Origin: Spirochaetia bacterium | GTDB lineage: Bacteria; Spirochaetota; Spirochaetia; DSM-27196; Salinispiraceae | Direction of reading: 5' to 3' | Assembly: GCA_038204425.1 (NCBI GenBank) | Contig: JBBRCZ010000007.1 | Span: forward strand, 75,341-139,340 | DNA: 64,000 bases | In this document: positions 38,801 to 47,779 of the stretch, in pieces | Layout: each line of letters starts with the position of its first letter | Numbering within the stretch: the stretch's first letter is position 1 | Made by a program: the position numbers and the translations under genes | The notes under the pieces: generated by a model | What the model was told of the DNA's origin: nothing | Databases searched by the model: none | Seen by the model: only the letters and a program-made list of their open reading frames with translations

Positions 38801-41623
38801 GTGCGATACCATCATGCGCCATAAACTTTTTAGCAAGGAAAGTAAGCTGTAGTAGGCTTCGTACGGTAAGATCGCCAGCGCAAAGGTCAGATTTGCAAGT
38901 CTCTTGATCATGGACTTTCCTACCACTATAGCGTGCTGGCGCCATAAGACATCGATCGACTTTCTTATCGTTTCGAGCGTTCCGTCGATAAGTGCCGGAA
39001 GCACACTGATTGCCAGCACGGCCAAAGTCCACAGCCAAACCGGTTTTAGCAGGGTCCAGCCAATTACCAAAAGCAGCAACTGGCCTATCGGCATAAGGCT
39101 GCGGCGCAGATTGTCAAGAATTTTCCATTGCGAAAGGCCCGAGAGAGGGTTTTTTATGAGTTTGTGCTTGGCGTCGCGCACAAGCGGCAATACCCAGCCA
39201 AGGATTTGCCAGTCGCCTCTTATCCAACGCTTGCGGCGCTTAACATCAGCCTCAAAACGTGAAGGGTGTTCTTCTAATAGCTGTACATCGCTTAGAAGGC
39301 CGGACCGGACATAGGCACCTTCCAAAAGATCGTGACTGAGTACCAAGTTTTCAGGAATTTTTTCGCTCATCGCCTCTTCAAAGATGGCGATGTCGTAGAT
39401 TCCCTTACCTGTAAAGGAACCCTCTGCAAACAAGTCTTGGTAGACGTCAGAAACCGTTCGCGTGTAGGGGTCCATACCCGGTTCGCCACCACTAAGTTGG
39501 GCGTAACGAGACCGGTTGGATCCTTGCAAGATCTCGGTCATGCGTGGCTGCAAGATACCGTAACCCTCGACTACCCTACCCTTTTTTTTGTCAAAGACAG
39601 CTTGGTTAAGCGGATGACTCATAGCAGCTACCAGCTTATGGGCCGAGTCTCGAGGCAACTGGGTGTCACTATCAAGCGTAATTATGTAACGCAGTCCAAG
39701 GATGGCACTGGTATCACCAACAATCAACTCAAAGGCCTTAGCATCGCCGCCTAGGATAAAAGCATTGAGGTCGGCAAGTTTGCCGCGCTTGCGTTCGTAG
39801 CCCATCCATTTTTTTTCGCGCTCGTTCCACAAGCGAGGCCGATGAAACAAAAAGAAACGGTCAGTCTTGCCGGCATATTTTTTGTTTAAATCCTTGATCA
39901 AATTTTGTGCAAAAGAGAGCAGAATTGGGTCATCGGGGCAGGTCTGACTGTCATTGTCGAGAAAGTCAGTCAAAAGGCAAAAATAGAGCTGCTCATCTTG
40001 ATTGGCCAAAAAGCGAATCTCTAGGAGCTCAACCATCTCAGAGGTGTCAGCATTGTCAATTAGCATTGTTGGAATAACCACCAGACTTCTCGACTGTTTG
40101 GGTATGCCCTTAGAAAAATCCAGACGTGGCAGCGGGTGCGGACTGAGTCTAAACATGGCCAGTCTGTTGACCACAGCCAAGGACAGTTGTGTAAAGACTA
40201 GTCCCAAAAAGATCATCAAGATTAACCAAGTCCAACCTTCAAATACTGAACCCGCAGTAAAGGGCGAAAGTAGACCTGCGAAGAGCACATTGAGTACCGT
40301 GATGGCGCCCGAGTAGATGACAAGGGGGAAGCGCCGGATAAGACCCTGTAGGCGTCGACTCAAGTTGCGCTGCATGTCCACTTTGGCTTCTAGTAGTGGT
40401 CGTCCCTTGTCTATCAAATAGTAGCCCACATGGGCGCGACGGTCTTCTACTCCGTGCGTTTCCGTAGCAGCCAAGCTGAGACGGATTGACTCTTGCGCCA
40501 CCTCAAGCTCACTTTGTGTACTGGATCTTGCTGTTTTTTCTATGACGTGCCGGTAGCGGTCGCGCGTAGCAAAATCCATCTGTACAAAGAAACCACTTGG
40601 ATCAGTGGCGAGTGTTTGATTGACAGGGCTCATGTCTTCGACAAAGTCGTGCCAATTGCTGGCTCCCAAAAAACGCAGACTGGCGATACTGTTACTCATG
40701 GAAACTTGGTTTGCTGCTTGCTGTTGAACTTCGACTTGCACCAAATGCTTGATAGACAAGCCTGTTTCTGACAATCGCTGTTCTATCCAGTTGAGTGGCA
40801 ATGCCAAGTTTGCGCTTTGACCTTGTAGCCGTCGCGCCATCTCGGCCACAAACGCGCTTTGTAGTGGTGGATCGGACTTGACCATCTCAGCCACTACCAG
40901 GATGAGACTCTTTTTGCTATTCTCCGCGGTCTCCATCATGCGGTCGGCCCATTGGTCAGCGCGACTTCGCTCAGCCATGTCTTTGGCAATCAAAGAAGCC
41001 ACTCGGCGCAAGTTTTCAATCAAAGATAAACGCAACATAATAGGAATAGCCCACAGTTCGCCCAAATTAAGGATACTGATAGTTTGGTAGGCCGCTACGA
41101 AGCTTTCTAAGTTTTCGCTGTCAACACGCCCGTCGCCGTGAGAGATTGTTTCCAGCGCAATGTCGTAGACCCGTGGCAGGCCGTGAGAGCTGCCGGTGCG
41201 CAACCTGGGCAACTCGCGGCTATAGTTGCGTGGCAAATGGCGCTTTGAAGTATGAATCTGTTCTTCTATTAGGTAAAAATTGTCCAGAAGCCACTCGGCG
41301 GCCGGTGTGATTCGCCGGTTGACTGCCAGGGCAGCCCCCAGCAGCTCGCGAACTTCCAAAAGCACCGCCTCATTACGGGCCAGTCTTGAGAGCAGCAGGT
41401 TGTCGATAACACTGCCTGAGTAAAAGACGTGCCCCGAGGCCAACGAGGCACCGTGCTTGCGCATTTGCTCTGCGTTAAGTAAAGCAGAACGAAGTGGCGC
41501 TTGATCAAAGCTATGTCTGGGCAAAAGCACCTTTTGGATGGAGGAGCCCAGTCGAGACTTATGTTTGGCTTTAAGTGATTTTTGCATGGAGTCCTTATTT
41601 AGTCTTAGATCGCCAATTTTCAA
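32882..41623 (-). CDS. ndvB: Cyclic beta-1,2-glucan synthase (Cgs/NdvB/ChvB; GT84 + GH94-like)
   Basis: 2913 aa; EWLLDNFY, GYERKRGK, ITLDSDT, SHDLLEG, RWIRGDWQ, HRTSPTNIG, YDLLASEARL, SWSGSMFEYLMP, QSGGAFGFRDQLQD, GDWNDGM and GGWTWYTGSAGW. Confidence 0.95.
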   Translation of the reverse strand: MKIGDLRLNKDSMQKSLKAKHKSRLGSSIQKVLLPRHSFDQAPLRSALLNAEQMRKHGASLASGHVFYSGSVIDNLLLSRLARNEAVLLEVRELLGAALAVNRRITPAAEWLLDNFYLIEEQIHTSKRHLPRNYSRELPRLRTGSSHGLPRVYDIALETISHGDGRVDSENLESFVAAYQTISILNLGELWAIPIMLRLSLIENLRRVASLIAKDMAERSRADQWADRMMETAENSKKSLILVVAEMVKSDPPLQSAFVAEMARRLQGQSANLALPLNWIEQRLSETGLSIKHLVQVEVQQQAANQVSMSNSIASLRFLGASNWHDFVEDMSPVNQTLATDPSGFFVQMDFATRDRYRHVIEKTARSSTQSELEVAQESIRLSLAATETHGVEDRRAHVGYYLIDKGRPLLEAKVDMQRNLSRRLQGLIRRFPLVIYSGAITVLNVLFAGLLSPFTAGSVFEGWTWLILMIFLGLVFTQLSLAVVNRLAMFRLSPHPLPRLDFSKGIPKQSRSLVVIPTMLIDNADTSEMVELLEIRFLANQDEQLYFCLLTDFLDNDSQTCPDDPILLSFAQNLIKDLNKKYAGKTDRFFLFHRPRLWNEREKKWMGYERKRGKLADLNAFILGGDAKAFELIVGDTSAILGLRYIITLDSDTQLPRDSAHKLVAAMSHPLNQAVFDKKKGRVVEGYGILQPRMTEILQGSNRSRYAQLSGGEPGMDPYTRTVSDVYQDLFAEGSFTGKGIYDIAIFEEAMSEKIPENLVLSHDLLEGAYVRSGLLSDVQLLEEHPSRFEADVKRRKRWIRGDWQILGWVLPLVRDAKHKLIKNPLSGLSQWKILDNLRRSLMPIGQLLLLVIGWTLLKPVWLWTLAVLAISVLPALIDGTLETIRKSIDVLWRQHAIVVGKSMIKRLANLTFALAILPYEAYYSLLSLLKSLWRMMVSHTRLLEWNTAASARISKNNSLLDSIKKMGVASLFSGLLTGVLAFLAPLSLLVASPFLLAWFASPFITWQASRPIVRKRVDLDDQQRLYLRRLARKIWGFFETFVGEEDNWLPPDNVQEHPVRTVAHRTSPTNIGFSLLNNLSAYDFGYQTLLDCQERCKKTLQTMAGLERYRGHFYNWYDTQSLRPLNPRYVSTVDSGNLAGYLLVLKSGLKSAADDPIVAPRFFEGMADSLALIEFAPSPITVDLHKRLEKLLSSFSSTLSGKVSNGQSTQPTLSLAQLYQAMTDVVHACTSLNTQMQGSEQNLRAGVAAMLGQAERALEQLQFFAPWCSEPAEALALSGLNNVPSLRQLAQTLGQTILRAQGIDDAGRLGEMLANSAEKASLRLEELEELAQTAGDFATMEYGFLYDGGRKLFSIGYNVDQRRCDAGSYDLLASEARLASFVAIAQGGIGQENWFALGRQLTSVGTCSVLLSWSGSMFEYLMPLLLMPNYDHSLLDQTYSSCVKRQIEYGKLRGIPWGVSESGYYLIDAAQNYQYRAFGIPGLGLKRGLADDLVIAPYASTMALMVDAKAACDNLERMTDEGFEGEFGFYEAVDYTTGRLLHGESKAIVKSFMAHHQGMSLLALSYVLHGQPMQKRFVAEPMFAATTLLLQERMPKDMVMYSHASESAEIKLNYNKPDLPVRLFSNADSTTPEVQLLSNGSYHVMLTNSGAGYSRWNEMALTRWREDTTADNWGSFAYVRDLGTGQFWSLGFQPTLKKPRSYEVIFSEGRAEIMRSDFGLDCHTTVLVSPDDDIELRRTKINNRSRVRREIEITSYAELVLSPIGVDAQHPAFGNLFVQTELDSVRHALLGHRRPRSKDEKSPWFFQQMNLYGADAQSISYETDRARFIGRGRSPANPLAMQGHEPLSGTVGPVLDPVVAIRYKIVLEPDQVATIDIIQGIAATRNGASNLIGKYQDQRMADRVFDLSWSHSHVVLRQLNVSVIEAQLYCQLAAAVIFANGKLRADPALISQNKRGQSGLWGYSISGDLPIVLVQIEDSSNLELVRQVIQAHQYWRLKGLTVDLVIWNEDHAGYRQILNDQIMGLLATGAQASLNGTPGGVYLRSSDQISVEDRILIQASARVILSDSRGTLEEQLNRSRSVRKSAPAFLPSRGIRNEHANVAVASNANLLFFNGHGGFSADGREYVINSSEGKVSPMPWVNVLANPHFGTVVSAGGSAYTWAENAHEFRLSPWHNDPIGDPSGECIYVRDEETGQFWMPMVPDKDKNQSLQVRHGFGYSVFTGDYNGIICEVTVFVALDDSVKFSLVKLKNHSGRQRHLSVTGYVEWVLGDLRSKTAMHLVTELDPSSSAILARNNYSMDFENRVAFFACDDNQASYGADRSEFLGRNGQLCCPAAMLKSHLSGRVGAALDPCAALQSQLSLADGTESELCFSLGLGSEKHHASRLVRKYRGPYAVHQALDKVKEHWTRQLGVVQVKTPDLALDLLVNGWLLYQTIAARLWARSGYYQSGGAFGFRDQLQDSLALVHAQPELLKQQILLCARHQFVEGDVQHWWHPPSGKGVRTRCSDDFLWLPLAVARYVNCTGDTSILDQELEFITGRQLNRDEESYYDLPASSGETASLYEHCQRALEHGKRYGVNGLPLMGSGDWNDGMNTVGDQGKGESVWLGFFLYKTLQDFADLAQMRNETNYASKCRAEATTIKNALEKNGWDGQWYRRAYFDNGQVLGSAKNSECRIDSIAQSWAVLSQAAEPKRSKQAMQSLDTHLVDRDKGIVLLLDPPFDSSDLEPGYIKGYLPGVRENGGQYTHAAIWAAMAFAQSNDSQRAWELANMINPIRHSLDAEQVDRYQVEPYVMAADVYGVQPHTGRGGWTWYTGSAGWMYRLLLESLLGLRRTEKQLHLQPCLPADWDGFSLSYQYGQSTYQIEIKQDSLARKAHMSLDGKDQPGTAIDLIDDDSVHQVSIVVGGRPSP

Positions 41624-41772
41624 TTCTTTGGCGTATTTTACTATAAAATAATAACTAAATTAAAATAAGTCAAAATCTTCAAAAGACTAAAAACTACCGA
41701 AGCAAAGGGCATAGACGTTTACTGCCCCCTGAGCTATTGTGAATTCTTTAAGCACAGTGCTATTCTGTGGCC

Positions 41773-43329
41773 ATGATTCAATTAATCGATCAGACGAGCA
41801 AAATCTCAAAACAGCGCGCCACAAAAATTTTGTTCGGTGCCTACATTGTGTATATCGGGGCAAATGCTTTAAGTTTCTTGATGGGCATGATACTGCTCGA
41901 GTCTTTTTTGCCTGATTATCTAAAACAAATTTTTTACGAGTTTAGGGCGAGTTTACAACGTGATCCTATCATGATATTTCTAAATATTGGCCCTTTTCCG
42001 ATAGTTTCAGTTCTGGTTTTTATGTACTTTAAACCGTTGCTACGTTTCTTAGGTTTTCGAAATCGCAAGATTGAACTAAAAGCCACAGCGCAAAGGCGAA
42101 TTTTAAACTCACCCTTGGCACTTACCTTTATTACGGCCCTATCATGGATAATGGCGCTGACCCTTATCCAAGTCTACATTCAAAGTTCGTATCAACATTT
42201 TCCTGCTGACTATAGATTTAGGGCAGTTTTAGTGTTTTCGATGTGCGGACTATTTGCTTCAATTTTGTGTTTTAATCTTTTTGATTACATGTCTAGAAAG
42301 TGGTATATTCCTTGGTTTTTTTTGGGCCAAGAACTCAATGAGACACGCCCTTGGTTTACCATTTCTTTAAGTCGCCGCCAAATGATTGGCTGGCTTGGTT
42401 TGAGCCTCTTCCCCATTTCGCTCTTTGTAATCTACATTTCTGGTTTCCAGGCTTGGCCAGTGCTTATGTTGACCGTAGTAGGGATTGGTCTGTTTTTGAC
42501 CTTTTTGACTTACATCTTGGCTCGATTATTTGCAGTTACGCTGCGCCTTTCTTTAAATGAACTGACAGCTGGCGTCAAAAAAATTCAAAATCAAGATTAT
42601 TCGGTCATTGTACCATTACGCAGCCAAGATGAAGTCGGTATTCTGGCTCAAGCTGTCAATCAGTTGGCACGATCGCTTTCTACCGAACAGCAGCTTCAAC
42701 GTACCCTTGGTCAGGTAGTCGATCCACTGGTTCGCGATCATTTGCTTTCCAATCCGCTGGACTGGGGTACAAAAACGGTGGAAGTGAGTGTGCTCTTTTG
42801 TGACATAAGAGCTTTTACCAAGTTTTCATCAACGCGCGGTCCGCAAGAGGTTACTGAGTTTCTTAATGATTTTTTTGAGCTCACGGCACCTGTCGTCGAG
42901 AAGCATGGGGGCCATATTAACAAATACTTGGGTGACGCGTTTATGGCGATTTTTGGAGCGCCCAACACACTCGAAGACCCCAAAAAATCTGCTTTGCAAG
43001 CTGGCCTAGAAATTTTGTCTTTAGTATCTGGTCTTGATAAAGTGGATGTCGCTCTTGGCATTCACTGCGGTCCTGTCTTGGCAGGGGCAGTAGGTACGGC
43101 CAAACGCCGCGAGTATACCATCATTGGAGACACCGTAAACTCGGCCAGCCGATTTGAGTCGTTGGCAAAAAGCATGGACTACCAAGCCGTTATTTCCCAA
43201 GAGCTCATCGGCGCTGGCCAGGTTCCAGGGCCCACTCAACTTGGCCTGTGGCAAGACCTTGGCCTGGTTGAGATTAGAGGCAAAGACGATTCCATGCGCC
43301 TATGGGGACTAAAGACTAAGCCTGAGTAA
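41773..43329 (+). CDS. Membrane class III adenylate/guanylate cyclase with HAMP domain
   Basis: About 6 TMs, HAMP (DEVGILAQAVN), VLFCDIRAFT, KYLGDAFMAIFG and YTIIGDTVNSASRFE. The K/T specificity residues point to ATP. ATG 41773 lies 6 nt after TATTCT. Confidence 0.9.
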   Translation: MIQLIDQTSKISKQRATKILFGAYIVYIGANALSFLMGMILLESFLPDYLKQIFYEFRASLQRDPIMIFLNIGPFPIVSVLVFMYFKPLLRFLGFRNRKIELKATAQRRILNSPLALTFITALSWIMALTLIQVYIQSSYQHFPADYRFRAVLVFSMCGLFASILCFNLFDYMSRKWYIPWFFLGQELNETRPWFTISLSRRQMIGWLGLSLFPISLFVIYISGFQAWPVLMLTVVGIGLFLTFLTYILARLFAVTLRLSLNELTAGVKKIQNQDYSVIVPLRSQDEVGILAQAVNQLARSLSTEQQLQRTLGQVVDPLVRDHLLSNPLDWGTKTVEVSVLFCDIRAFTKFSSTRGPQEVTEFLNDFFELTAPVVEKHGGHINKYLGDAFMAIFGAPNTLEDPKKSALQAGLEILSLVSGLDKVDVALGIHCGPVLAGAVGTAKRREYTIIGDTVNSASRFESLAKSMDYQAVISQELIGAGQVPGPTQLGLWQDLGLVEIRGKDDSMRLWGLKTKPE

Positions 43330-43538
43330 AGATTTACCCACATTATTGGATTCTTGTAAGTGCCACCGGCCGGGCGCCAAGGAACTAGCCAGATTCCAAA
43401 CTTTTCTGCGATCTTTAGCGGCTAAAGCTTGCCGCCAGCTACGCAAATTAATACCTTAAAAGAGACACACTAAGTAAACAAGTTAGGTTTGCTCCAATTA
43501 GTGATGTCTGCGAATTTGCCAGCCAAGGAACTTAGCCA

Positions 43539-43949
43539 GTGAAGAACGTTCTGATTTGCGATGATTCCCAATGGATGCGCGGTCTAATTAGAAATGAGCT
43601 CAATAAATACGCTCAAGAAGGCAAGAATCACACCGTGATGGAAGCCTGCAATGGCAAAGAAGCGCTGGAACTTCTCAATCGAGATAGGTTTGACATTGCC
43701 TTCTTGGATTGGACCATGCCACTGATTGACGGCTTAGAAGTGCTCAAGCGCTTACGTCTAAGCTCCAAGCATCTTGACCTCAAGATAGTGATGATCACCG
43801 CTCTTTCTGGCAAAAGCGACGTCATGCAGGCCCTAAAAGAAGGCGTAGACGACTACATTACCAAGCCAATTAACAGTCGCCAAGCCAGTGCACGATTTAA
43901 GGAGGCACTTATTGACGTCGGTTTTGTGTCACAAGGAAGCGTATTATGA
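43539..43949 (+). CDS. Single-domain response regulator (CheY-like)
   Basis: ICDDS, FLDWTMPLIDG, VMITA and YITKP. Confidence 0.9.
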   Translation: MKNVLICDDSQWMRGLIRNELNKYAQEGKNHTVMEACNGKEALELLNRDRFDIAFLDWTMPLIDGLEVLKRLRLSSKHLDLKIVMITALSGKSDVMQALKEGVDDYITKPINSRQASARFKEALIDVGFVSQGSVL

Positions 43950-44449
43950 CCCGCGAAGAAGTCTGCTTACCATTTATTTCTGCCTGTAGCTCAATCTTTG
44001 ATCAGCTACTCGACATCAAACTAAGCCAGAAGAACCCTCATTTGCAAGACATCAGCGAAGACCGACCCGATTGGGAGCTATGTTCGCTAATTGAGATCCG
44101 CAATCTAGAAGACCTTAGTTATGGCTACATTTCTCTCAACCTCAAGAACTCAAGCGCGGACAAGATTGCTCGCAAAATGATAGGCAGACCGATTGGTACA
44201 ATAAGTCAAGAGCTGGTCTTTGACACTTTGGGCGAGCTCGCCAACATAATCGTCGGGAACGCCAAAAAGGACTTTGAAGACAGTCCATTGAAAATATCCA
44301 CCCCAATGCTGATCAGCGGCCAAAAAATTAGGCTTCACAACCCGGCCAAAATCCACCGAGTAACCATAATTCCCTTTGAATTTATCGAGGCAGGCGAACT
44401 GGACTTTTTTGACCTTTCTATTTCACTTGACCTCAAGTATTTTGTCTAA
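43946..44449 (+). CDS. cheX: CheX-like phosphatase
   Basis: PFISAC, DTLGELANIIVGNAK (ExxN) and ISTPMLISG. Confidence 0.85.
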   Translation: MTREEVCLPFISACSSIFDQLLDIKLSQKNPHLQDISEDRPDWELCSLIEIRNLEDLSYGYISLNLKNSSADKIARKMIGRPIGTISQELVFDTLGELANIIVGNAKKDFEDSPLKISTPMLISGQKIRLHNPAKIHRVTIIPFEFIEAGELDFFDLSISLDLKYFV

Positions 44450-44459
44450 AGGACTGCAT

Positions 44460-46469
44460 ATGCGCCACGTTGAAAAAGTTTTCTTGAATCTCATGTATAG
44501 CGGCCTCTATAATACCGAGCTTGACGAAGAAGCCAAGTCTCGCGTTCTTTTTCTCAATTTATCTATTTTGATAGCTGGTTTTACGCTCACTTTTATGGCT
44601 ATTCAATCGCTTTTTTTGGCAAATTTCAACTTTGGTGCCGGTCTGCAGTCGATCGACATCATTATGGCTGCGGTTAGTTTTGGCGCGGCTTTCTTGATGG
44701 TTTTTTTGTTAATCTACCTTAGGCGCAACAAAAACAGAGTCTTTATTAGCTACTTTATGTCGATCGCGCTTTTGCTCTTCTGCTTGGTGATGATCTACCT
44801 TGGCAGCTACCGCAATACTGGCTACGAATGGATCGCCGCCTACCCAATAATGTCGGCTATGCTGCTAGGCTGGCGAGGACTTTTCTTGACCGTCATACTT
44901 CTTGTGGCGAGTTTGGTTATGACAATATTTGGCATTGGTGTTGCGACTGCGGACTTTACAACCATGCGGTTGGGCACCATTTTTGGCGTGGCGGGGGTAG
45001 TACTTGCTTTCTCGATTGGTTTTGAACTCTCAGTAAGTGCATCAATAAGAAAGATCAAGCACATTAACCAAAAGCTACAACAGTCAAACACACTCAACCG
45101 CTTGATCAAGGAAAATGGTGACTCAGTTTGTCTGATAGACGCAAGCTTGGTTATACAAGCGGAATACTCACAGAGTTTAGAAACCCTAATCGGCGATCAA
45201 GACTTGGGTGGCAAGAATCTGATCGGGCTTTTTGCCAAGCATACCGAAGACAACTTTGAACTAGAAGATTTTGAACAATACTTGTCCTTATTCTTTCAAG
45301 AACGAACCAAAGACAGACAGCTTGAGAACCTAAATGATTATCATCAAGTCAAACTGTACCCTATCCAGAACTTACCAAGTTCTAAGAAAGTAATTGACCT
45401 AAACTTTAAGCGCATTCACTATCAAGACACCATCTTGATCCTGTGCTTTTTTAAGGACATTAGTGAACAAATCCGTCTCGAGCAACGACTCACTCAAGAG
45501 CGCCTCGTAGACGATCAAAAACTCAAGGATTTACTCAAGATAGTGCACCTTGTCAAAAGAAACCCCGTCGAAATAGAGGAGTTTCTAACTGAGACAGAAA
45601 CCAGCATTGACGAAATCAACCTTAACCTCAAGTCAGGCAAGAAATCAAACAATCGCAAGATACTGTTAGACAGTTTTGTTATCATTCACGACATCAAGAG
45701 CACTGCAGCTTATGTGCTCAACATAGACAGCATTACTCAAAAATTTCACGACTTGGAAGAAGAAATTTCTACCGTTCTCAAACTCAACACCGATGCTGAT
45801 ATTGAGTCCACACAATTACGAAAGACAATTTACTCTCTTGGCGATTGTTACGAAGAAATCCAAAGTATACGAGGAACCTTGGCTGACATCTTTTCGGTAA
45901 GCACTGATGGATTTGGTGGTAATGTGTTTGCACTTAACCTTGAGTCCCTTGTTACTAGGCTCAACCAAAAACTGTCGATGGCCGTCAGATTGGACTTATC
46001 AAACTTAGATAGTGCAAATATTCCCAAGGCATATAAGAAAGCAGTCAAACAGTCCTTGGTTCAGCTGATTAGAAACTCATTTGCCCATGGCTTTGAAAGT
46101 GCAGAACAAAGAATGGCGCTCGCCAAAAGTGAGTATGGCCAGATAAGCATCTCATCGCAATCGTCCGATGGCAAATTTCGCATAGTCTACCGCGACGACG
46201 GGCAAGGGCTTGATGTGGATAAAATAAGACAAGTTGCTCTTTCCAAGCCAAATTTCGCAAAAATGGACGTCAAGGATCTAAGCGATAAGCAGTTACAAAC
46301 GCTCATTCTCTATAGCGGTTTTAGCACTTCCGAGTCAGCAGACTTTAACTCCGGCAGGGGTTTGGGTATGAGCATAGTCTCGCGCAACATTAAGGCAAAC
46401 AGCGGCGCCATCAATATCAATTCGGTTCGCGGGCAGTATTGTCAATTTGCGCTAAGCTTTCCAGCCTAA
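44460..46469 (+). CDS. Membrane-bound CheA-like histidine kinase (TM, PAS-like, Hpt, HATPase; no CheW domain)
   Basis: About 6 TMs; Hpt IHDIKSTA..FHDLEE; CheA-type QLIRNSFAHG, DDGQGLD, GFST, SGRGLGM; the protein ends right after the HATPase. Confidence 0.85.
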   Translation: MRHVEKVFLNLMYSGLYNTELDEEAKSRVLFLNLSILIAGFTLTFMAIQSLFLANFNFGAGLQSIDIIMAAVSFGAAFLMVFLLIYLRRNKNRVFISYFMSIALLLFCLVMIYLGSYRNTGYEWIAAYPIMSAMLLGWRGLFLTVILLVASLVMTIFGIGVATADFTTMRLGTIFGVAGVVLAFSIGFELSVSASIRKIKHINQKLQQSNTLNRLIKENGDSVCLIDASLVIQAEYSQSLETLIGDQDLGGKNLIGLFAKHTEDNFELEDFEQYLSLFFQERTKDRQLENLNDYHQVKLYPIQNLPSSKKVIDLNFKRIHYQDTILILCFFKDISEQIRLEQRLTQERLVDDQKLKDLLKIVHLVKRNPVEIEEFLTETETSIDEINLNLKSGKKSNNRKILLDSFVIIHDIKSTAAYVLNIDSITQKFHDLEEEISTVLKLNTDADIESTQLRKTIYSLGDCYEEIQSIRGTLADIFSVSTDGFGGNVFALNLESLVTRLNQKLSMAVRLDLSNLDSANIPKAYKKAVKQSLVQLIRNSFAHGFESAEQRMALAKSEYGQISISSQSSDGKFRIVYRDDGQGLDVDKIRQVALSKPNFAKMDVKDLSDKQLQTLILYSGFSTSESADFNSGRGLGMSIVSRNIKANSGAININSVRGQYCQFALSFPA

Positions 46470-46475
46470 AGATTT

Positions 46476-46505
46476 AAAAAAAAGCTGCCATTGTTACCTG
46501 GCAGC
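46476..46505 (-). terminator. Intrinsic terminator of the dehydrogenase operon
   Basis: GCTGCCA-8 nt-TGGCAGC followed by T8. Confidence 0.75.
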
Positions 46506-46514
46506 CGTTAGATT

Positions 46515-47777
46515 TCAAATACTCGGCGCATTGGCCAAGAGATACTCTTCTGCTTCTCGGTTCCAAAGCATATTATGTTTTTTGACAAATTGATCAAGTT
46601 TGGCATAAAACGGATTAGTCTTGCCCTGCTCAGCAAAGTCAGTCAGCGCAACCAGCTCCAAATTTTTGTGGGTGTAGATTAGTTTTTTGCCACCCGGAAT
46701 CTTGTCGAGTTCTATGGTGGTGTGGGCCACGGCATTGAGCCCGCCAACATGGGTAACCATCATAGCGGGATTGAGAATTCCTCGTCCCATCAGGTCAAGT
46801 GACTCAAGCATGTCGTCGTTGTTGCCGCCTGAGGTTCCAACGATGTGGTGCGATTCATAGTGGACGTTGTAGAAGTTAAGCGAAGCACTAAAGCTTGTGT
46901 CAGTTGGCCCTGCAAAAAAGTTGAGGCAACCATCGAGCCCCAAAATTTTGTCACCCAGCTCGAGCACTGGTTTTACCGGTGCAAAAACAAAGACATCGTC
47001 GTAGCCCTTGCCGCCGTTAGCAGCTTTAATGGTTTCTACCGGATCTTGCACATCTCGCGTGTTGAGGTAGACCAGTTTGACACCGTTCTTGGCGGCCTCT
47101 TCTACCGTCAAAATACTGGCAGCGCGGTCCAAACGGGCTTGGTCTATGTCGGTAACTACCAACAAGCTCGGCCTTCGGTCGCAATGCAAAGCGTAGTCTA
47201 TGGCACCAAGACCCATCGGGCCGACCCCTGCCAGCAGAGCCATCGCTCCGCCTTTGACTACGCCCATGTCATGCACGTAGGAGCCATTTTTGGTGTGATA
47301 CTGGGCGTGAAAAGCGCCAACGATGCAGCTGACTGGCTCAGACAGCGAGCCCATAAAAAAATTATCAGCTTTGTATTCAAGCAAACAGTCCATTTCCATA
47401 ACTTCATTAGGTATAAGAACATAGGTGGCATCACCACCAATAAACTCATACGAATATCCTGGTGCCCAGAGCGTGCCTTGGTAGTTAAGCGCAGGTTGGA
47501 TGGCAAACTTTTGGCCGGGCTTAAACTTGTGGGCCCATTTTTTTCCTACTTGCTCAATAATGCCGCAAAACTCATGCCCAATCATGATTGGGTGAGTGCT
47601 AAGGTCGTGACGCACACGTTTATGCTTGGCGCCCTGCATGGCCAGTTTGTGGCTCGACATACAGATCGAATCCGACACTACTCGAGCAATTATTTCGTCA
47701 TCACCCATGTTTGGAAGTTCAAAATCATCGAGGCGAAGGTCATTTTCGCCGTGTATCCGGACTGCTTTAGTCTTCAT
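46515..47777 (-). CDS. Zn-dependent MDR oxidoreductase, L-sorbose-1-phosphate reductase (SorE)-like
   Basis: SDSICMSSHK, GHEFCG, GYSY, LSEPVSC, GVGPMGLG, GTSGG and IPGGKKLIY. Confidence 0.85.
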   Translation of the reverse strand: MKTKAVRIHGENDLRLDDFELPNMGDDEIIARVVSDSICMSSHKLAMQGAKHKRVRHDLSTHPIMIGHEFCGIIEQVGKKWAHKFKPGQKFAIQPALNYQGTLWAPGYSYEFIGGDATYVLIPNEVMEMDCLLEYKADNFFMGSLSEPVSCIVGAFHAQYHTKNGSYVHDMGVVKGGAMALLAGVGPMGLGAIDYALHCDRRPSLLVVTDIDQARLDRAASILTVEEAAKNGVKLVYLNTRDVQDPVETIKAANGGKGYDDVFVFAPVKPVLELGDKILGLDGCLNFFAGPTDTSFSASLNFYNVHYESHHIVGTSGGNNDDMLESLDLMGRGILNPAMMVTHVGGLNAVAHTTIELDKIPGGKKLIYTHKNLELVALTDFAEQGKTNPFYAKLDQFVKKHNMLWNREAEEYLLANAPSI

Positions 47778-47779
47778 TG

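Noticed and set aside
32918..41508. Many short ORFs within ndvB
   Set aside because: Antisense or out-of-frame to a continuous conserved gene.
43330..43538. Possible c-di-GMP riboswitch before the cheY-like gene
   Set aside because: The class I/II consensus elements are not present in the right order.
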